From positions 10,230,001 to 10,294,000 of the forward strand of contig OX597818.1 of assembly GCA_951406725.2 (NCBI GenBank): a DNA stretch of 64,000 bases, given 5' to 3'. The notes beneath the pieces are model-generated. The model was not told where the DNA came from. It searched no databases and saw only the letters and a program-made list of their open reading frames with translations. Shown here in pieces: positions 12,415 through 27,442 of this stretch (its first letter is position 1; every line of letters starts with the position of its first letter). Made by a program: the position numbers and the translations under genes. This DNA comes from Octopus vulgaris (taxonomy: Eukaryota).

Positions 12415-13942
12415 TACTTACCCTGATAGCTTCTCCATGCCAAGACGTCTGCGGAACACTTTGATGTTTTCCCTGGGTTTTAACTTGGTGATTTCACGGT
12501 AAGATGCTTTTTAATAAAATCTGCTATCTTTGCGAATCTACTTTAGTTTATCAAAACAAACACTTCTTCATATTGCAGATCTCGTTGCTACATTGTCCCT
12601 ACGCTTCTAAGTTTTTTGTCATCATATTAGTTGTCCACATTCGTTGATTATTTGTCATTGTTCTCTAGATCATTCATATGGCATCATGGAAACATGAGGT
12701 GTTATGTGTGGATGTGTCAAGCCAGCAAATATCATTGCATTTACCCTCCTTTCCATTTCACTAGCATCCCACCCTAAAGTCTTATCTTAGGTTATTTAAC
12801 GGATTTGCACACAGATTTATTTCGAACAATCCACTTGGTGATGAAAATGGGAAATGCTCTCTTATTCACACTGAACCGTTATTACCAAATCTTGATGGCA
12901 GGCCAGTGCAAGTAATTTGTAAATTTCTCCATAGCCTATTACAAGTATTTCTCTATGTTCTCTATACTTCTGTAAATGTGATTTGAGACCAAATCTTCTA
13001 CTGAGAATTTCCTGAGTTATATAATTTCTCTGGTAATAATATGATAATATGGTGATAAATATAACGTATAAAAAATATATATATCTTTTCCTACATTGTA
13101 TCATTTCCTATTCCAAAATGAAAAAACTATAAATATATCAGTTTTAATATAGATTTACAGCGATATTTTGCTGGGTTTAGAGTAACAAAATACATATTGC
13201 ACAGTGTAAAACACAAAGAAATATAGCCATGTTTAACATCTTAACTCCTCTGTACATGCATATTATATTATTCTAGCAAAATAATACACACATTTCACGT
13301 TCCTAATAGTATTGTATTAATCAGCTAATCAGAGCAGGAAGGAAATTATTATGACCTTTGCAAGATCTTCCTAACTGATGAGATTTATTCGGTTGATGAC
13401 CAGCGTGCATTTGTTTTGTTCAACGGGAGATAGCATTTTCCATAGCATGGAATGACATTAAGTCGGTAGTCTACTTTTCGATACGTTTCCTGGTGTGTGA
13501 TTGCATAGCATAATAGCGTTGTTTCACATATGTTACAAGCACTTTACCAAATGGAACACTTTTACCGGCTATCACAATCCGTACAAGACAACGATCGTTA
13601 AAAAAATACAGAGATACCTTCATGTGCCACATACTCTGAAGGATTGCTTGGCTTCCATATTGTAGCAGAGACTACTGGACCCATGCCAAGAACTCTACAA
13701 AACCAACAGATTTTACCCAAAATAGGTCTATTGGTCGCACATTTGCCGAAAAGATAATATCCAACTTTACAGCTCGTTTCGTCTCATAGTTAATACTCCA
13801 CATTGCATGATCGATTTTGAAACTCGACCATGTTTATTATACCCTTTCCATAGAATACAGTGCATGAAGGCGACGAATAAGACGGCGTCTATTTTATGGC
13901 CCTCAAACAGTAAGTTTCAAGGCAAGCTATTATCCTAATCAG

Positions 13943-13995
<53 letters not shown>

Positions 13996-14708
13996 CGTTC
14001 ACCCCCTCTTTCTCTCTTCCCTCTCTCCCATTCTCTCCCCTTCTCTCCCTCTTTTTCTCTTTCACTTTCACTACACACATACACATGTATATGTATAATT
14101 GGTAATAATACACCGTAAGAAAAAATATATATATATACATATATTTATATATACATACATACATATATATATATATATACATACATACATACATACATAC
14201 ATACATACATACATACATACACACATATATATATATATATTACTCGCCCTCTCTCTCTCTCTCCCTCGCTTTAACTCAGTATCACTTTCATAAAGTTTAC
14301 TCTCCATTCCCGCTCACAAGTATTTTCTTTCACTTGAGAAATTTCTGGAGAGTATTATTGTTTCACTTGTTTATCAGAACCGCACTCCTATTTCTCCCTC
14401 TCACAGACATTCTATTAAATTTTCCCAGTACCCCAATAACTGATTATCTTTCCCACACACTCCTTTGTACGTTAATATTTCTAGCCGTTGCCACATCTAA
14501 CAGGCACACCCCACCCCCCACACACACACACACACACATACACACACACACATCTATGCAGTTGATAGGGTCACATTTCTCACTTGTTGGCTATTAAGTG
14601 TCATCCACATGCAACGTATTCACAACAAAACTTGTACTGTCTCTATAACCAGAGACCAATGGCGTTCAGTGGTAACATCCCCAGCTAATCTTTTAATACC
14701 ATACACAG

Positions 14709-15085
14709 TGTAATAAGAAACTTGCTTCTCAGCCACATGGGACCAGGTTCAGTCCCACTGCGTGGCACCTTGGACAAGTGTTTCCTACTATAATCTCAGC
14801 CCGACCAAAGCCTTGTGAATGGATTTGGTAGACGGAAACGGTATGTATGTACGTATATGTGTGTGTCTTTGTGTCTATGTTTGCCCCCAACACCGCTTGA
14901 CGAACCGGTATTGGTGTGTTTATGTCTCCTTAACTTTGCGTCTCGGTAAAGATACCCGTTGAATAAGTACCAGACTTATGAGAAATAAGTCCTATGATCC
15001 GTTTGTTCGACTAAAACCCTTCAAAGTGGCGCCCCAGCATGGCCACAGTCAAATGACTGAAACAAGGAAAGAAAATTAAAAGAAT
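14709..15085 (+). mobile_element. SINE family A
   Basis: GGTTCAGTCCCACTGCGTGGCACCTTGGACAAGTG; canonical tail. Confidence 0.85.
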
Positions 15086-18000
15086 ATCTCTGTAACAATC
15101 GTTGTTTTGTATGAACATTATGTAACTAAAGCCTCCAATCTCTCTATAAATGCTACATTTTTACATTTTATGATCAAGGGCATCCTAGTGATGACAGCTG
15201 CATCTTATTTTGAAAGACAGCATACGAGGGTGTCTTTGTTTAAGATAGCAGAGTGTTGTTAACATTCTGGCAGCTATTTCTAGCTTGCATAGCTACCACT
15301 CAGAGGCTCTTTCAATAGTATCAATAATGTACTGCTTAACACAATTTCTGATTCTTTTCTATAGTGCCCTTACATATACGAGATGTCTAAAATTGCGTCT
15401 CAATGACTAGTGTCAGAAAAATCTTCAACTGTGATTATTGCTGACCATATTACAAAACTCTAGTAAGACCCACTAGCTGTCTGGAACAGTGCTGATGCTG
15501 AAGTTATTACTATTGATGCTGCTACTACGCAAGCAAACATCCGACGAACTGTTCAGCTTTTATAAGTGACTTACCATAGATATTTATTGATCTTCAAGAT
15601 GTCTTTTTGTTTATCGATTGTTTTGTCAAAGATTCACTCACTCGTGTGCCTCAACCTCTCTAGCTCAAAGATACATTGTTTTCCCGTCCGGCTTTTTTAT
15701 AGCTATCAAAGCAATGTCTGACTTCAATTGATGTCACTGTTCCTCTCTTCATTTCTCTCAACAAACATATATCCCAGACTTACCTACAACTTGTTTTCGC
15801 TACACAGTTTGGAACAGATCCTTTTAGAAGGAAAAAGGTTAAATTTAGACAAAGACATGAGATAGTTCTAAGGTGCAGCGTTCCAGGTTGAAAAGAGAAT
15901 GCTAGAACTAATCGACTTGTTGCATTTGAAGCGAACAACGAAGTCTTCAAATTCGGTGAAGAGGAAGACGCATGTAGTTTTGATAGGCATTATCACACAA
16001 GGAATGTCAAACAGTAGTAATTACGTTAACCAGTAGCAAAATGATGGAATAAAGTTAAACCAACATATAGTAATATTGTTTATTAATGATCGATAGCAAA
16101 AAAGAGGTTATTATGACAATAAAACTCAACTAAAATTACACAGATTAAGTAATGCCTCCCTACTACCAAATTGTAGATGAGCAGGAATTATGGATGTGGG
16201 TATTCTGAAAATAGAATCCACTATTAGTTAAGCGGTGCAATGATGTCAGACCGCAATAATTTCACAGCTCTTAGCTTGGTTATTTTACAGCGTAATGACT
16301 GCAATATTCCAAAGGTCTCCTGAATGAATCCCCTTTTGAAAATAATGAACTTGTAATGGGCTACAACAGCCACTAACACTCATAAAATATACAACGTTAG
16401 AAGCTTATTGCCAGTAAAATACAGAAAGGAACACTATGTCCGTACTCTTTACAGTAATTTCATACTTGGGGTAGAGAAAACTGTCTGTTACCAAATGAAA
16501 TTTCTGTGTCTTTAAAGAAATTCGTAGGATATGAGGAGAGTGATGAATGACTGATTCAAAATTTTTCACTACACCTAGATTTTAATTTTATGTAAAGTAT
16601 TATTCCCATAATCATTCATGACCATTAAATTACAAATTGTGAGGTCTTGGCTTCGAAACCGGGAAATAACACAACGAATTGTCATTCGGGAGATACACCC
16701 ATGACAAATAAATTACTAGGACGTCACAGCTGTCTTGCTGAAAGCGCGAGGAATAAAGAGGAACATAACCACCCCCTAGTTCACTGTGGCATTATAACAG
16801 TACACAAATATCGCAATTTTGATACAGTAAACTACATATTTTACATTTCTAAACACAATGATGCATATGTTTCACTATTATACGCAACAATACATATATT
16901 TATCTACTGTTTTCCAACAATAAACATATTATGCAGATGTAATATACATTTCCCATTCTTGTTAAGAATATACATATTTCCGAAATATATTTTAAATTAA
17001 AGAACATCTTTTATAGTTCCAACAAAGCAATAAATATATTTAATTTTGTAGTCAAGGAAAACATATTCTGCACCAAAATACACATACTCAATGTTGAAAT
17101 ATTGCAATATATAGCAGAGAATTCTTTCAGAACAGTTGCTCATATTCCGCTGTAACATATTTTCCATAGATAACATTAATACAGTAATATATATTCTATA
17201 TATTTAACAGTTGTAATACAATAAAACGTACGCCTCGCAGTTGTAACGCAACAATGAACAAATTTTATAGCTCTAACATAACTATAGACATATTTCACTA
17301 TTCTATCATATATTAAAATGTTGATATTTTTTAATATAACAATATATCTATTTCGCAGTTCCACTACATAATAATATACATGTTTCCTATTTCTGATACA
17401 AGAATTTGCGCAACCAACACAAATAATAATGCAAAACAGATATGGCTTCGACAAATTAGTATCCCATTTGCTCGATGAAACTCGTATTGTTAACTTAATT
17501 TTCAGGTATACTCAGCCTGTTGCTGCTTGTAACAAAGATGGTCATCTGAATTATTAATACTTTCCAACTTCTGCAGATACAGCATTGATTTTCCAGAACC
17601 TTTGGTCCCAAAGCCATTCCAGAATTCTGACTTTTCCGAAATATAGATGGCCATATTGGTCAACATACTCTAAATTGAACAAACTTTAAATTTACTTAAA
17701 TAATAAAATGAAATGCAGGTACTGGTACATTAGTGTCATTTAGTGCGGATTATAAGAGGTCCGGACTATCTGGAGAGTTGTGCTGTACTTGTCTTATAGT
17801 TTAATAAACTGAGTAATGTTTAAACTAGAATTTCCTAAGTAGGCTTTCACAGGATTCCACGCGATAAACTAACAAATAGACTATTTCCAATTAGATTTTT
17901 CAGTTACTTTTCTTGATTTGTAATTTTAGTTTAAAGATAAGACTCATTCCTTGTAGACAGGAAAACCTGACATCTGTATGTAGTGAAACTTATGAAAAGA

Positions 18001-19650
18001 ACCACATAAAACGGAACTGTAGAAGAATTTGTTTAGTTTAAACATGGTCTTAATTAAGACAGCGAATTTTTTAAAGCTCTTTGTGTTGCACGTATTAGAT
18101 TTAGTACTGTCAGCCTCTTCAAAGATCGTTTTATGATTTGGTTAATCTGTTATGAAAGAAAAAAGAATAACAAATATATTCACTAGTTTACCTCAGACAT
18201 GAAATTTATTTGAAGTGGTCCTTAATACTAAAATGCTTGAGAAGCACTGCCATAGATACTTGTGCTTTTTAACATTCTAAGAACGAGGGCACAGTACTTT
18301 GTCTTGAATGTGGATGAGACACTATAGATATCCTGTGTGTAATTAAATACCGCACAACCATATATTTTGCTTGCATGTCAGAGGTTTGTACCATCAAAAA
18401 AGTGATGAATGTTTTAATCTGCAAATATGAAAACATATATCAGAGATAGAATATACTTAACTCAAACAATACCACAACATACCAGTACAACTTCAGGATA
18501 TACTCAAGTTTCACGACATACACATTCGAAAACAAGACAATTTTCAATAGAATAGTGAAACCTTAGAATAGCGAAACCGGTGGCAGTAGTTTGGAATTTC
18601 CTCCTTACATATTTTTGTTTTTCCCATAACAACTGGCTTGTAACTGTTCAAAAGGAGCGTTAAACATTGGATCTAAGCAGTCTCACATAGCTTGAAACGT
18701 CCAGAGGTGTAGCTCATTACTCTAGAGTCTAGAGTCTAGACCTACAGTATTCAACCTTTTGCAGTTCACCACTCCCTTTCACTGAATAACGTTTTACAAA
18801 CGCCCCTTCACTACGTCTTGCAAGAACCTGAAGCACATTATTGTAATCAAAGAGAAGCTAATTTTGCCTAATGCCTTATTATTCATATTTCCTGATAATA
18901 CTTACTACATTTTATTCTCTCTTTTTTATGTATACGTGGATTAATACCAGCGAGTTGAATTTATATGGAAATTACCAAAGAAGGCGACAAATTATATGAG
19001 GAAATTCCGTTAGACCTTGGCGAAGCGTTAAACGTGTTTCAACTAACTGAAAACAAATTGCTACACATATTCTATTACTGACAAAGGATTTTCAGTGCTA
19101 TTAAAAATATAAATACTGTACCTGATTTAAATATTATATTTCAATGAAAAGGTTGAAGCCATCTAAACGCCCTGTGACCACAATAGCATTGCTTTCAAAG
19201 GGAAGGCTCAATTATGACCTTTCAAAGTAGCGAAAGAAGCGCTACCGACCAGGGTAAAAATCAATCAATGTTGTTTAAAAAGTTACGGGTTCGAACTATT
19301 TGACCATCTTCCAAGTAGTTTTCATTTACTCACTTCGACATTTACGCCCGGTTGATTTCAGTTAAGTCGGTTGACAAGGGGGTTCGAACAAAAAAAGTCT
19401 TGACTTTGAAGCAAACTTCGAAACAATTCGGCCATGTTTGCACCGATACACATCTAATACAGCAGCACAAACATTTAATCGCTCTAACACAGCAATACAT
19501 CACAATTTCTCGCTGAATGTATTCATTTATCTATGGATTCCCTTATTTATTTATTTGCTTTGGTTACTCCATATTTTGACAAATAACATTTAAGGTAAAG
19601 CAAAACTCTTTAAGTTTTTGTCAAAATAGCATAGCTGCGAATACAAATAA

Positions 19651-19704
<54 letters not shown>

Positions 19705-19725
19705 TCCCTTACATACACGTATGTG

Positions 19726-19762
<37 letters not shown>

Positions 19763-21180
19763 CCGTATCTCTTCTTTCTGGAGTTTTACGTTGACATTTT
19801 TTCAGCTTGCTGATCCCACAGAAACTAAAGCTTCATTCTTAACACGATATATTATTTTACAGTTTGTGTATTATTATTATCACCGTCATCGTCATCATCA
19901 TCATCTTCATCATCATCGTCATCAGTGGCAAGATGGTAATTCCTGTATTTTTCTTTTTTCATTTTTATGTTCTTTTTAACTACTTCTGTTATTTCTTTCC
20001 ACCATCTTTAAATCTTTCTTTTGGTTCCTTTCTTGCATTGTTGTGTTTGATTTTGTCTTTTTGTGTTTTGTCTTTTTTGCTTTAGTTAGTTGCCTTCTAT
20101 ATTTTGCTTTCTTCTTTTTCATTGTTTTATGTCGTTTTAATGTTTGTTTGTTTGTTTGTTGGTGGAGGGGTTTCTACCATTTCTGCAGAGAAAAAGCTAT
20201 TCCATGCCAACTACACCGCATAGCTATCAATCTGATTTTCCCATTATTTCTCACTGATGTAGATCTTTCTTGATATATCCAAACATGTTAGGACAAAGTT
20301 AGAGTCTTCAAAGAAGCATTGCTTTCTAAATGATTAATCACCGATATTCATGATAAGAGTACAGCTTTGCTTCATTGTTACTACTTCGTCGTCAGTAGAA
20401 AGCGTTACGTGTTACTGGTGTACAGAGAAACAGTACAGCGGCCATTAAAACTACTGGCTTCACCTCATCAAATTGATTGACTGTGGGAAGACGACAGCTC
20501 AGTGTTATGGCGTTAGTCTAAACTGTAAAATTTACGATTGTTTGTGATAGCTTTCAGTTCTTGTTTCAAATCCAGCATAAGCTGATGTAGATTAATGTCT
20601 TAAACGAGGTTTTATTTCTGTAGATTTACTAATAATTCTTAACTGATATTACTGCCAACTTGACATCTTGCAAATATTTGAAGAAAATTTACACACTGTC
20701 TCAGACTTGTGGATGACCTAGTTGATAGGAAATCCGACTCTTGGTTTAAGATGCTTCGTTGTCTATGGCGAAAAATAATATTCATTGACCCAGTCCATTT
20801 GATTTCAACTGATATCACAAGAGGGTGTGGTTTACCATTCTATCCAGGAAAATTGTATGAGTTATGGGTGTTTTTGTTGATTTTCAGACTTGAGTTGTTA
20901 TCTTTCAAGAATGTAGCGAAGAAGAAGGAATGAGTCCACTAACACTTCAGTAACCCATTGGATTTTGAGATGAATGATATATCTTAAAATCTCATATGTA
21001 AAGAGCTAAATGTATCTCGCAAGAGGAGATACTGATCAGAGAGAAGATACTACACAATGTCTCAAGACTGAATCATCGCGAAGAAATTTCAAGCCATTTC
21101 AGTTCAAATTATTTTTTCTGTGTTTGTGCAAATAAAATGTAAATGAAATGCAAACTACATTGTAACTCAAGAGGTAATAA

Positions 21181-21398
21181 TGGTCTCAGATTTTTGACAC
21201 AAGGCCAGGAATTCTGGGGAGAGAGGTAAGTCGATCAGACTGACCCCCAGTGTTCAACTGGTACTTATTCTATCAGCTCCAAAAGGATGAACGGAAAAGT
21301 TGATCCCGACGACAATTGAACTCAGGACGTAAAGTCGGAAGAAATACTGCTAAGCATTTTTTGCCGGTGCGGTAACGATTCAGCTAGCTCCCCACCTT
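21181..21398 (-). mobile_element. SINE family B (tail type 2)
   Basis: Homology to other family B copies. Confidence 0.75.
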
Positions 21399-21614
21399 CC
21401 CAAGATTTAATAATTCTTCACATAACAATAATCTATATTTATATACATACAATAACATAGAAGCCACACTAGTGATACAGTAATTATAAAAGTAATACAA
21501 TTACGTTCAAGCATAGATGCATACGAATATATGTGTGTGTATGCGTAGGTGTATATGTGCGTGCGCGTGAGTGTGTGTACATGTATGTGCGTGTGAATTA
21601 AAAGGGATTATAAT

Positions 21615-21815
21615 ACCGGTTTCCCGGATTCTGCGGTGTATATATTTTCCCACCACTGACAGGTGCGTCACAGGATAACCTATTTTTGCAAGGAGAGTGG
21701 ACTACAAGCACGTGAAATGAAGTGCATTCTTCAAGAACACAACATATCGCCCAATCAAGGATTCAAAAGCTCAATGTTAAGATCATGAGTGCACCACTCT
21801 AATCACTCAGCCAAA
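21615..21815 (-). mobile_element. Third tRNA-derived SINE family (diverged)
   Basis: Minus strand begins TGGCTGAGTGATTAGAGTG (A-box), degenerate B-box, then GTGTTCTTGAAGAATGCACTTCATTTCAC body. Confidence 0.45.
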
Positions 21816-21945
21816 CGCATGCATACATACGTAAATACGTACATACATACGTAGATACGTATATACGTACATGCATACAAACATCTATACATACATTTAT
21901 AAATATATATACATGTATGTACATATTATGTATGCGTATATGTCT

Positions 21946-22023
<78 letters not shown>

Positions 22024-22146
22024 TGTATATCTGTATATATATTTAGTCAATAAAAAAGGGTAAAATTAATTAATTATTAATTAATTCGACCGAGCAGTGT
22101 TCGGTATGTAAAACGACCATTTACGGTATATTTGAAATATTACTTT

Positions 22147-22372
22147 ATAAAAATAGGGTAAAGTAAATTATTTTACTTTACCACATACCGAGCTTTATGT
22201 GGTATGTGGTAAAGCTCGGTATGAGCTTTATGTGGTATGTGGTAAAGCTCGGTATGAGCTTTATGTGGTATGTGGTAAAGCTCGGTATGAGCTTTATGTG
22301 GTATGTCGTAAAGCTGTGGTATGAGCTCGGTATGTGGTAAAGTAAATTATTTTACTTTACCCTATTTTTATA
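22147..22372. repeat. Inverted repeat (~47-bp arms) enclosing four tandem 33-bp units
   Basis: Arms TATAAAAATAGGGTAAAGTAAATTATTTTACTTTACCACATACCGAGCT and its reverse complement; units start at 22190, 22223, 22256, 22289. Confidence 0.9.
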
Positions 22373-22438
22373 AATGTATATATATATATATATATGTATA
22401 CAGACACATGTATTATGTAATCTGCATATATATATATA

Positions 22439-22700
22439 GGTACAGGAGTGGTTGTGTGGTAGCTTGCTTACCAATCATATGGTACCGCGTTCAGTCCCAC
22501 TGCATGACACCTTGGGCAAGTGTTTTCTACTATAGCCACGGGCCGACCAAAGCCTTGTGAGCGGATTTGGGAGATGGAAACTGAAAGAACCAAATCGTAT
22601 ATGTGTGTGTGTGTGTCTGTCTGTTTCTGTGTACGTTGTGTGAACCGATGTTGGTTTGTTTACGTGTCCGTGACCTTGCGATTCGGCAAAAAAGACCGAT
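22439..22700 (+). mobile_element. SINE family A truncated by the next insertion
   Basis: Head and body present; stops at GACCGAT. Confidence 0.8.
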
Positions 22701-22713
22701 GATAATGATAATA

Positions 22714-23501
<788 letters not shown>

Positions 23502-23749
23502 TTTAACAGAAATAAAAGTGCGATCCAGGGTCTGAAGACCTTGAGACACTCTGTTCTGCTAAATATTAATAAACATATAGATAACTAATATTTTAAGTTC
23601 TATTTTTCCTTTTGCATCAATATATATATATATATACATACACATCTATATATACATATATATATACGCATATATATGCATGTATATACATGTATATGCA
23701 TGTAAGTATATATGTATAGATTGTGTATGTATATCTACATGTGTGTATA

Positions 23750-23804
<55 letters not shown>

Positions 23805-25848
23805 ATGTGCGTGTAAGTTAAATAAAGTTCAATAAACATACAGATTCGTATTTAATTGTATACTGTAATACCCAAGGAAGAATTTGTTCCTGAATTTTAT
23901 CATTACGGTCCTCACTGTAACAGTTTCATCAATTATATGACGCTTAATTTATTTCACTGACATTGATCTTCAATGTCAAGAATTTCTTGAAGCAATATTC
24001 ACTCCAGCTTGTGATACATTTGATCATATAAAAAGCAGTTATATTACGCAAATAGGAAAGAGATTACTACTGTAATTATACGCAATTAAATAGTTCTTGA
24101 GTATCCAACATGAAAATTTAATTTTCTTAAGTGTCTCTATGGAATAACAAATACTGTTGGGCCAGCTTCACAAGAGAACAAGTATTAATGATCTCTGATA
24201 CTGACGTTTAAGAACATTATAATCTAAACCTTTTCCACATCACATCTGTCCTTGTGAAAAAGAAGATGGCAAGACTAACTTCTTGTAAGAAATTAACCGC
24301 CAATATTCTAATGGTAAATAATAATAGGCATTATAACTACCAATCTCAGATTTGATATAATTTCAGCGAAAGCTCAGTGAATGTGAGCTTATTATGCTGT
24401 TAATTTCGAACTGGTACTGAGAATGTCTAAAGTCTTTAATTTCATGTTAGCTCTGAGCACAGTCTATCACTAATTAACACATCTATCTTTTAGATCCTGT
24501 AATGGTGAATGAACACTTCTGTAGTGCATGAAAGCTAAATGATTTTGGCAGCGACACGTATAAGGGTGTTGTCATGATTCAAGAAACTATATCCTATCAA
24601 TTGCTCAGTACCTATCCTAGTGTTACTGCTTTAATCTTCGTAATTATTCATGGGGTGTGATTCAAGAGTCAGGTATCATGCATCCTATTTACATAGGTCT
24701 CAATTGTTATAATACCAGCTTTCAGAACCCAACATTTCTTAGTGCTAAGCCAAAGTCAACATAAAATATTTTGATGTAGCTATTCCTTTCCTCAAATAGG
24801 TCAATAACTATTTAATCCTGTAATACAATTTGTATGATAAGTAAATTGGTTTAATGCAGACTTGAAAGAAGTAAGACGAATAGCATTTGAATAGGATTGG
24901 AGAAATTACTAAAAAACGCTCCAATTAGAATCTTTAGCTGTAATCAAAAACTTAATTTATATCAGTTTAACTTTATATTACATAAGCATTTTGTTCCAGA
25001 TTTCATCAGTATTGTACAGCATAAATCTATCGCAATTAGATCAGCTCTATAATTTGCCGGTGATTCAGTGTAAGTACTTATATTTTTCGACAGTAAATAG
25101 TACTTACAGAGGTTTTTGCTTAAATCCCCTGGCAATATCTCAACACTATTGTCAATAATCTTTTATGTTCTGAATCAGAAGCAAAAGTTTGCATGTGCAT
25201 TCAAATGATAAAGACATGCAACTCATGAAAACCTAAGATTTTTTTTCTATAACAAATAACTAAACTGAAAAAAACTAAAAGAAAAATAAAATGCGAACAT
25301 TTACGAGCATAATAGTTGTTGCGAGGTGGGTTGGGGCGGTTAGCTTCAGATCAGCTCCCATCGAGAAATATAGAGGAAGTTCTATCTTTCTACCAATCAG
25401 AATTGTGTGTAATACGTATCTCTATCCACCTTGAATACTGATTAGTAACACAAATCTTTCGTAATTTTGCTGCAACAAAGTTACTAGCCTAACTATGAAT
25501 GTTATGCTTCCATATAATCTAAACCCTTGATAATAGTCTTTACTATGAGAGTGCGTCCAGTATCACGTTATTCAATGTGCCTTTCGGTTTCAAGACTGGG
25601 GTGTGGTGTGAGAAAGAGTTAGTTGCCATTCCTAGCAAGTTGAGCGTCCAAAGAACGGTACCTTCGTTGGTTTAAATATAATCGATTGGATGACTAGAGT
25701 TGAACAACAGATTAAGAGCTCTATACATATACGCGTGGTTGTATGTATGTGTGTGTATTTACATCCATATAATATATCATATATTATATTATATTATATT
25801 ATATTACATTATATTATGTAAATGCGAATGATGTTATATCATATTATA

Positions 25849-26062
25849 TGACAGCGAGCTGGTAGAATCGTTAGCACATCGGACAAAATGTTTAGCAGCA
25901 TCTCTTGCATTTTTACGTTATGAGTTCAAATTCCACCAACGTCAATTTTGCCATTTGTCCTTTCTAGGGCCGATGAAATAAGTACCAGTTAAGCAATGGG
26001 GCCGATGTAATCGATTCATCTCCCTCCCGCCAAATTTCAGGATTTGTGCCTATACTACAAAT
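25849..26062 (+). mobile_element. SINE family B (tail type 2)
   Basis: GCGAGCTGGTAGAATCGTTAG head; GAGTTCAAATTCC. Confidence 0.8.
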
Positions 26063-26277
26063 TGTTATACATCTTTTTCATGTTTCAATTACTCAATTGC
26101 AACCCTGCTACGACACTGCCTAGAAGCGTTAGGCAAAGAAATCGAAGTTAGTAATTATTTTTAAGCATCGCACTTATTCTTTCGAACGCTTTTGCTAAAC
26201 CGATAACTCACGGGATTTGAACAAATACTGCTTGACAAACACTGGGGAGACAAATACATGCACAAAGAATCGCGCGC

Positions 26278-26344
<67 letters not shown>

Positions 26345-26345
<1 letters not shown>

Positions 26346-27442
26346 GAGAGTATTGTAGTTCGTTTGAAGCATTGTGCATTGTAAAGAATAAAATGTTTCG
26401 AATGGTACAACAATGCACTATAATACAAGCAATGGGCTATATACTTGTTGTAATTTAACCATTTATAGTCTGATAATATTTCAGAATAAAATTCTTTCCT
26501 TAGATATTCCTAGGAACTGATGGAGTCGCTGCTATAATCGGGATTCTAACGGGTTTTTTTCCGGAAGCGTCTCTGCAGTGGTCTCACGAAGCTCTTTCCG
26601 GAATTCCTTATTTGAAGTGCGTGAGGTCGGCCATGTCTCAATCTTTTGTGTGCTGGCACATCTGTGGCGCTGCTTCTAAGTTATGTATTATACGTAAAGC
26701 CTCCTTTTCCCCTTCTTTTTTCTTCTCTTTTTTTTTGTTATAAACAATATATGAGCATGTTATAAAAAATGAACCTACACGCATCCAGATGTAGCTAAAT
26801 AATATATTGATTACCAACCTCTAGTCTGTTGTTAATTTGGGGCCCTAGTCTGTGAATGAGTTTAGCTTCCTTAATTCTTAAATTACCCATATTCTTTCAG
26901 CGGCCTCAATTATGACTGTTATGCTTTTGTCGGTGTCCCGGCATCTGTCTAGATGTTTTCTGAAGGAGGAGGCTCTCGTGTTCAGATGTTCTTTGATGCA
27001 GACGTGTATAGGTCTTGATGTGCTACCCACATAGAACTTGTTGCATTTGCTACATTGCATTCTATACACAACATTTACCCGTTGGCATAAATCTGTGTCA
27101 CGGATGGGACAGTTTGTTAGTGTGCGTTGATTGTTGTCCCTTGTTCATTTATTTGCGAGATGTCTTCTCAGAGAGGGGCCGCAGTGGGCTAGTTGTATGT
27201 CTAGCCATTCTCTTCTTATGGCTCTTCGGATGGCTGTAGTTATCCTCTCGCTAAAATGGGGTATTTTAAGGAAGCATGTATTACTGGGTTTTCTGTGTTC
27301 GGCGTGTTGGTCGTCTTGGGTACTGAAGCCGATTTATAATGGATCTAGGGTACCCGTTGGTTTTCAATATATCTAGGAAGCGTGTAGTGTGGGTCTCCTT
27401 GTCCTCCGTTCTGCTGCCCTTGCCCTGGATGCGTGCAAGTTC
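26345..27442 (-). mobile_element. Penelope-like element 3' part: thumb/linker, GIY-YIG endonuclease and pseudo-LTR
   Basis: LKTNGYP, LKIPHFSE, CPIRDTDLC, NVVYRMQCSKCNKFYVGSTSRPIHVCIKEH, KEAKLIHRLGPQINN (GIY-YIG); frameshifts and stops; ends at (TA)n. Confidence 0.85.

Noticed and set aside
13400-13890. Faint Gypsy integrase-like peptides on the minus strand
   Set aside because: Too decayed to support without a profile search.
19260-19350. GFELFDHLPSSFHLLTS resembling mariner GFELLxHPPYSPDLAPS
   Set aside because: Single short degenerate motif; no TIRs found.
22190-22325. 33-bp repeats of CRISPR-like length
   Set aside because: Directly tandem with no spacers, no cas genes, eukaryotic context.
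23520-23560. CUGAAGA inside hairpin CAGGGTC-TGAA-GACCTTG
   Set aside because: No GAAA and no stem I in either register.
23900-25000. Possible ancient CR1/L2 RT remnant on the minus strand
   Set aside because: No clear RT motif recoverable by eye.
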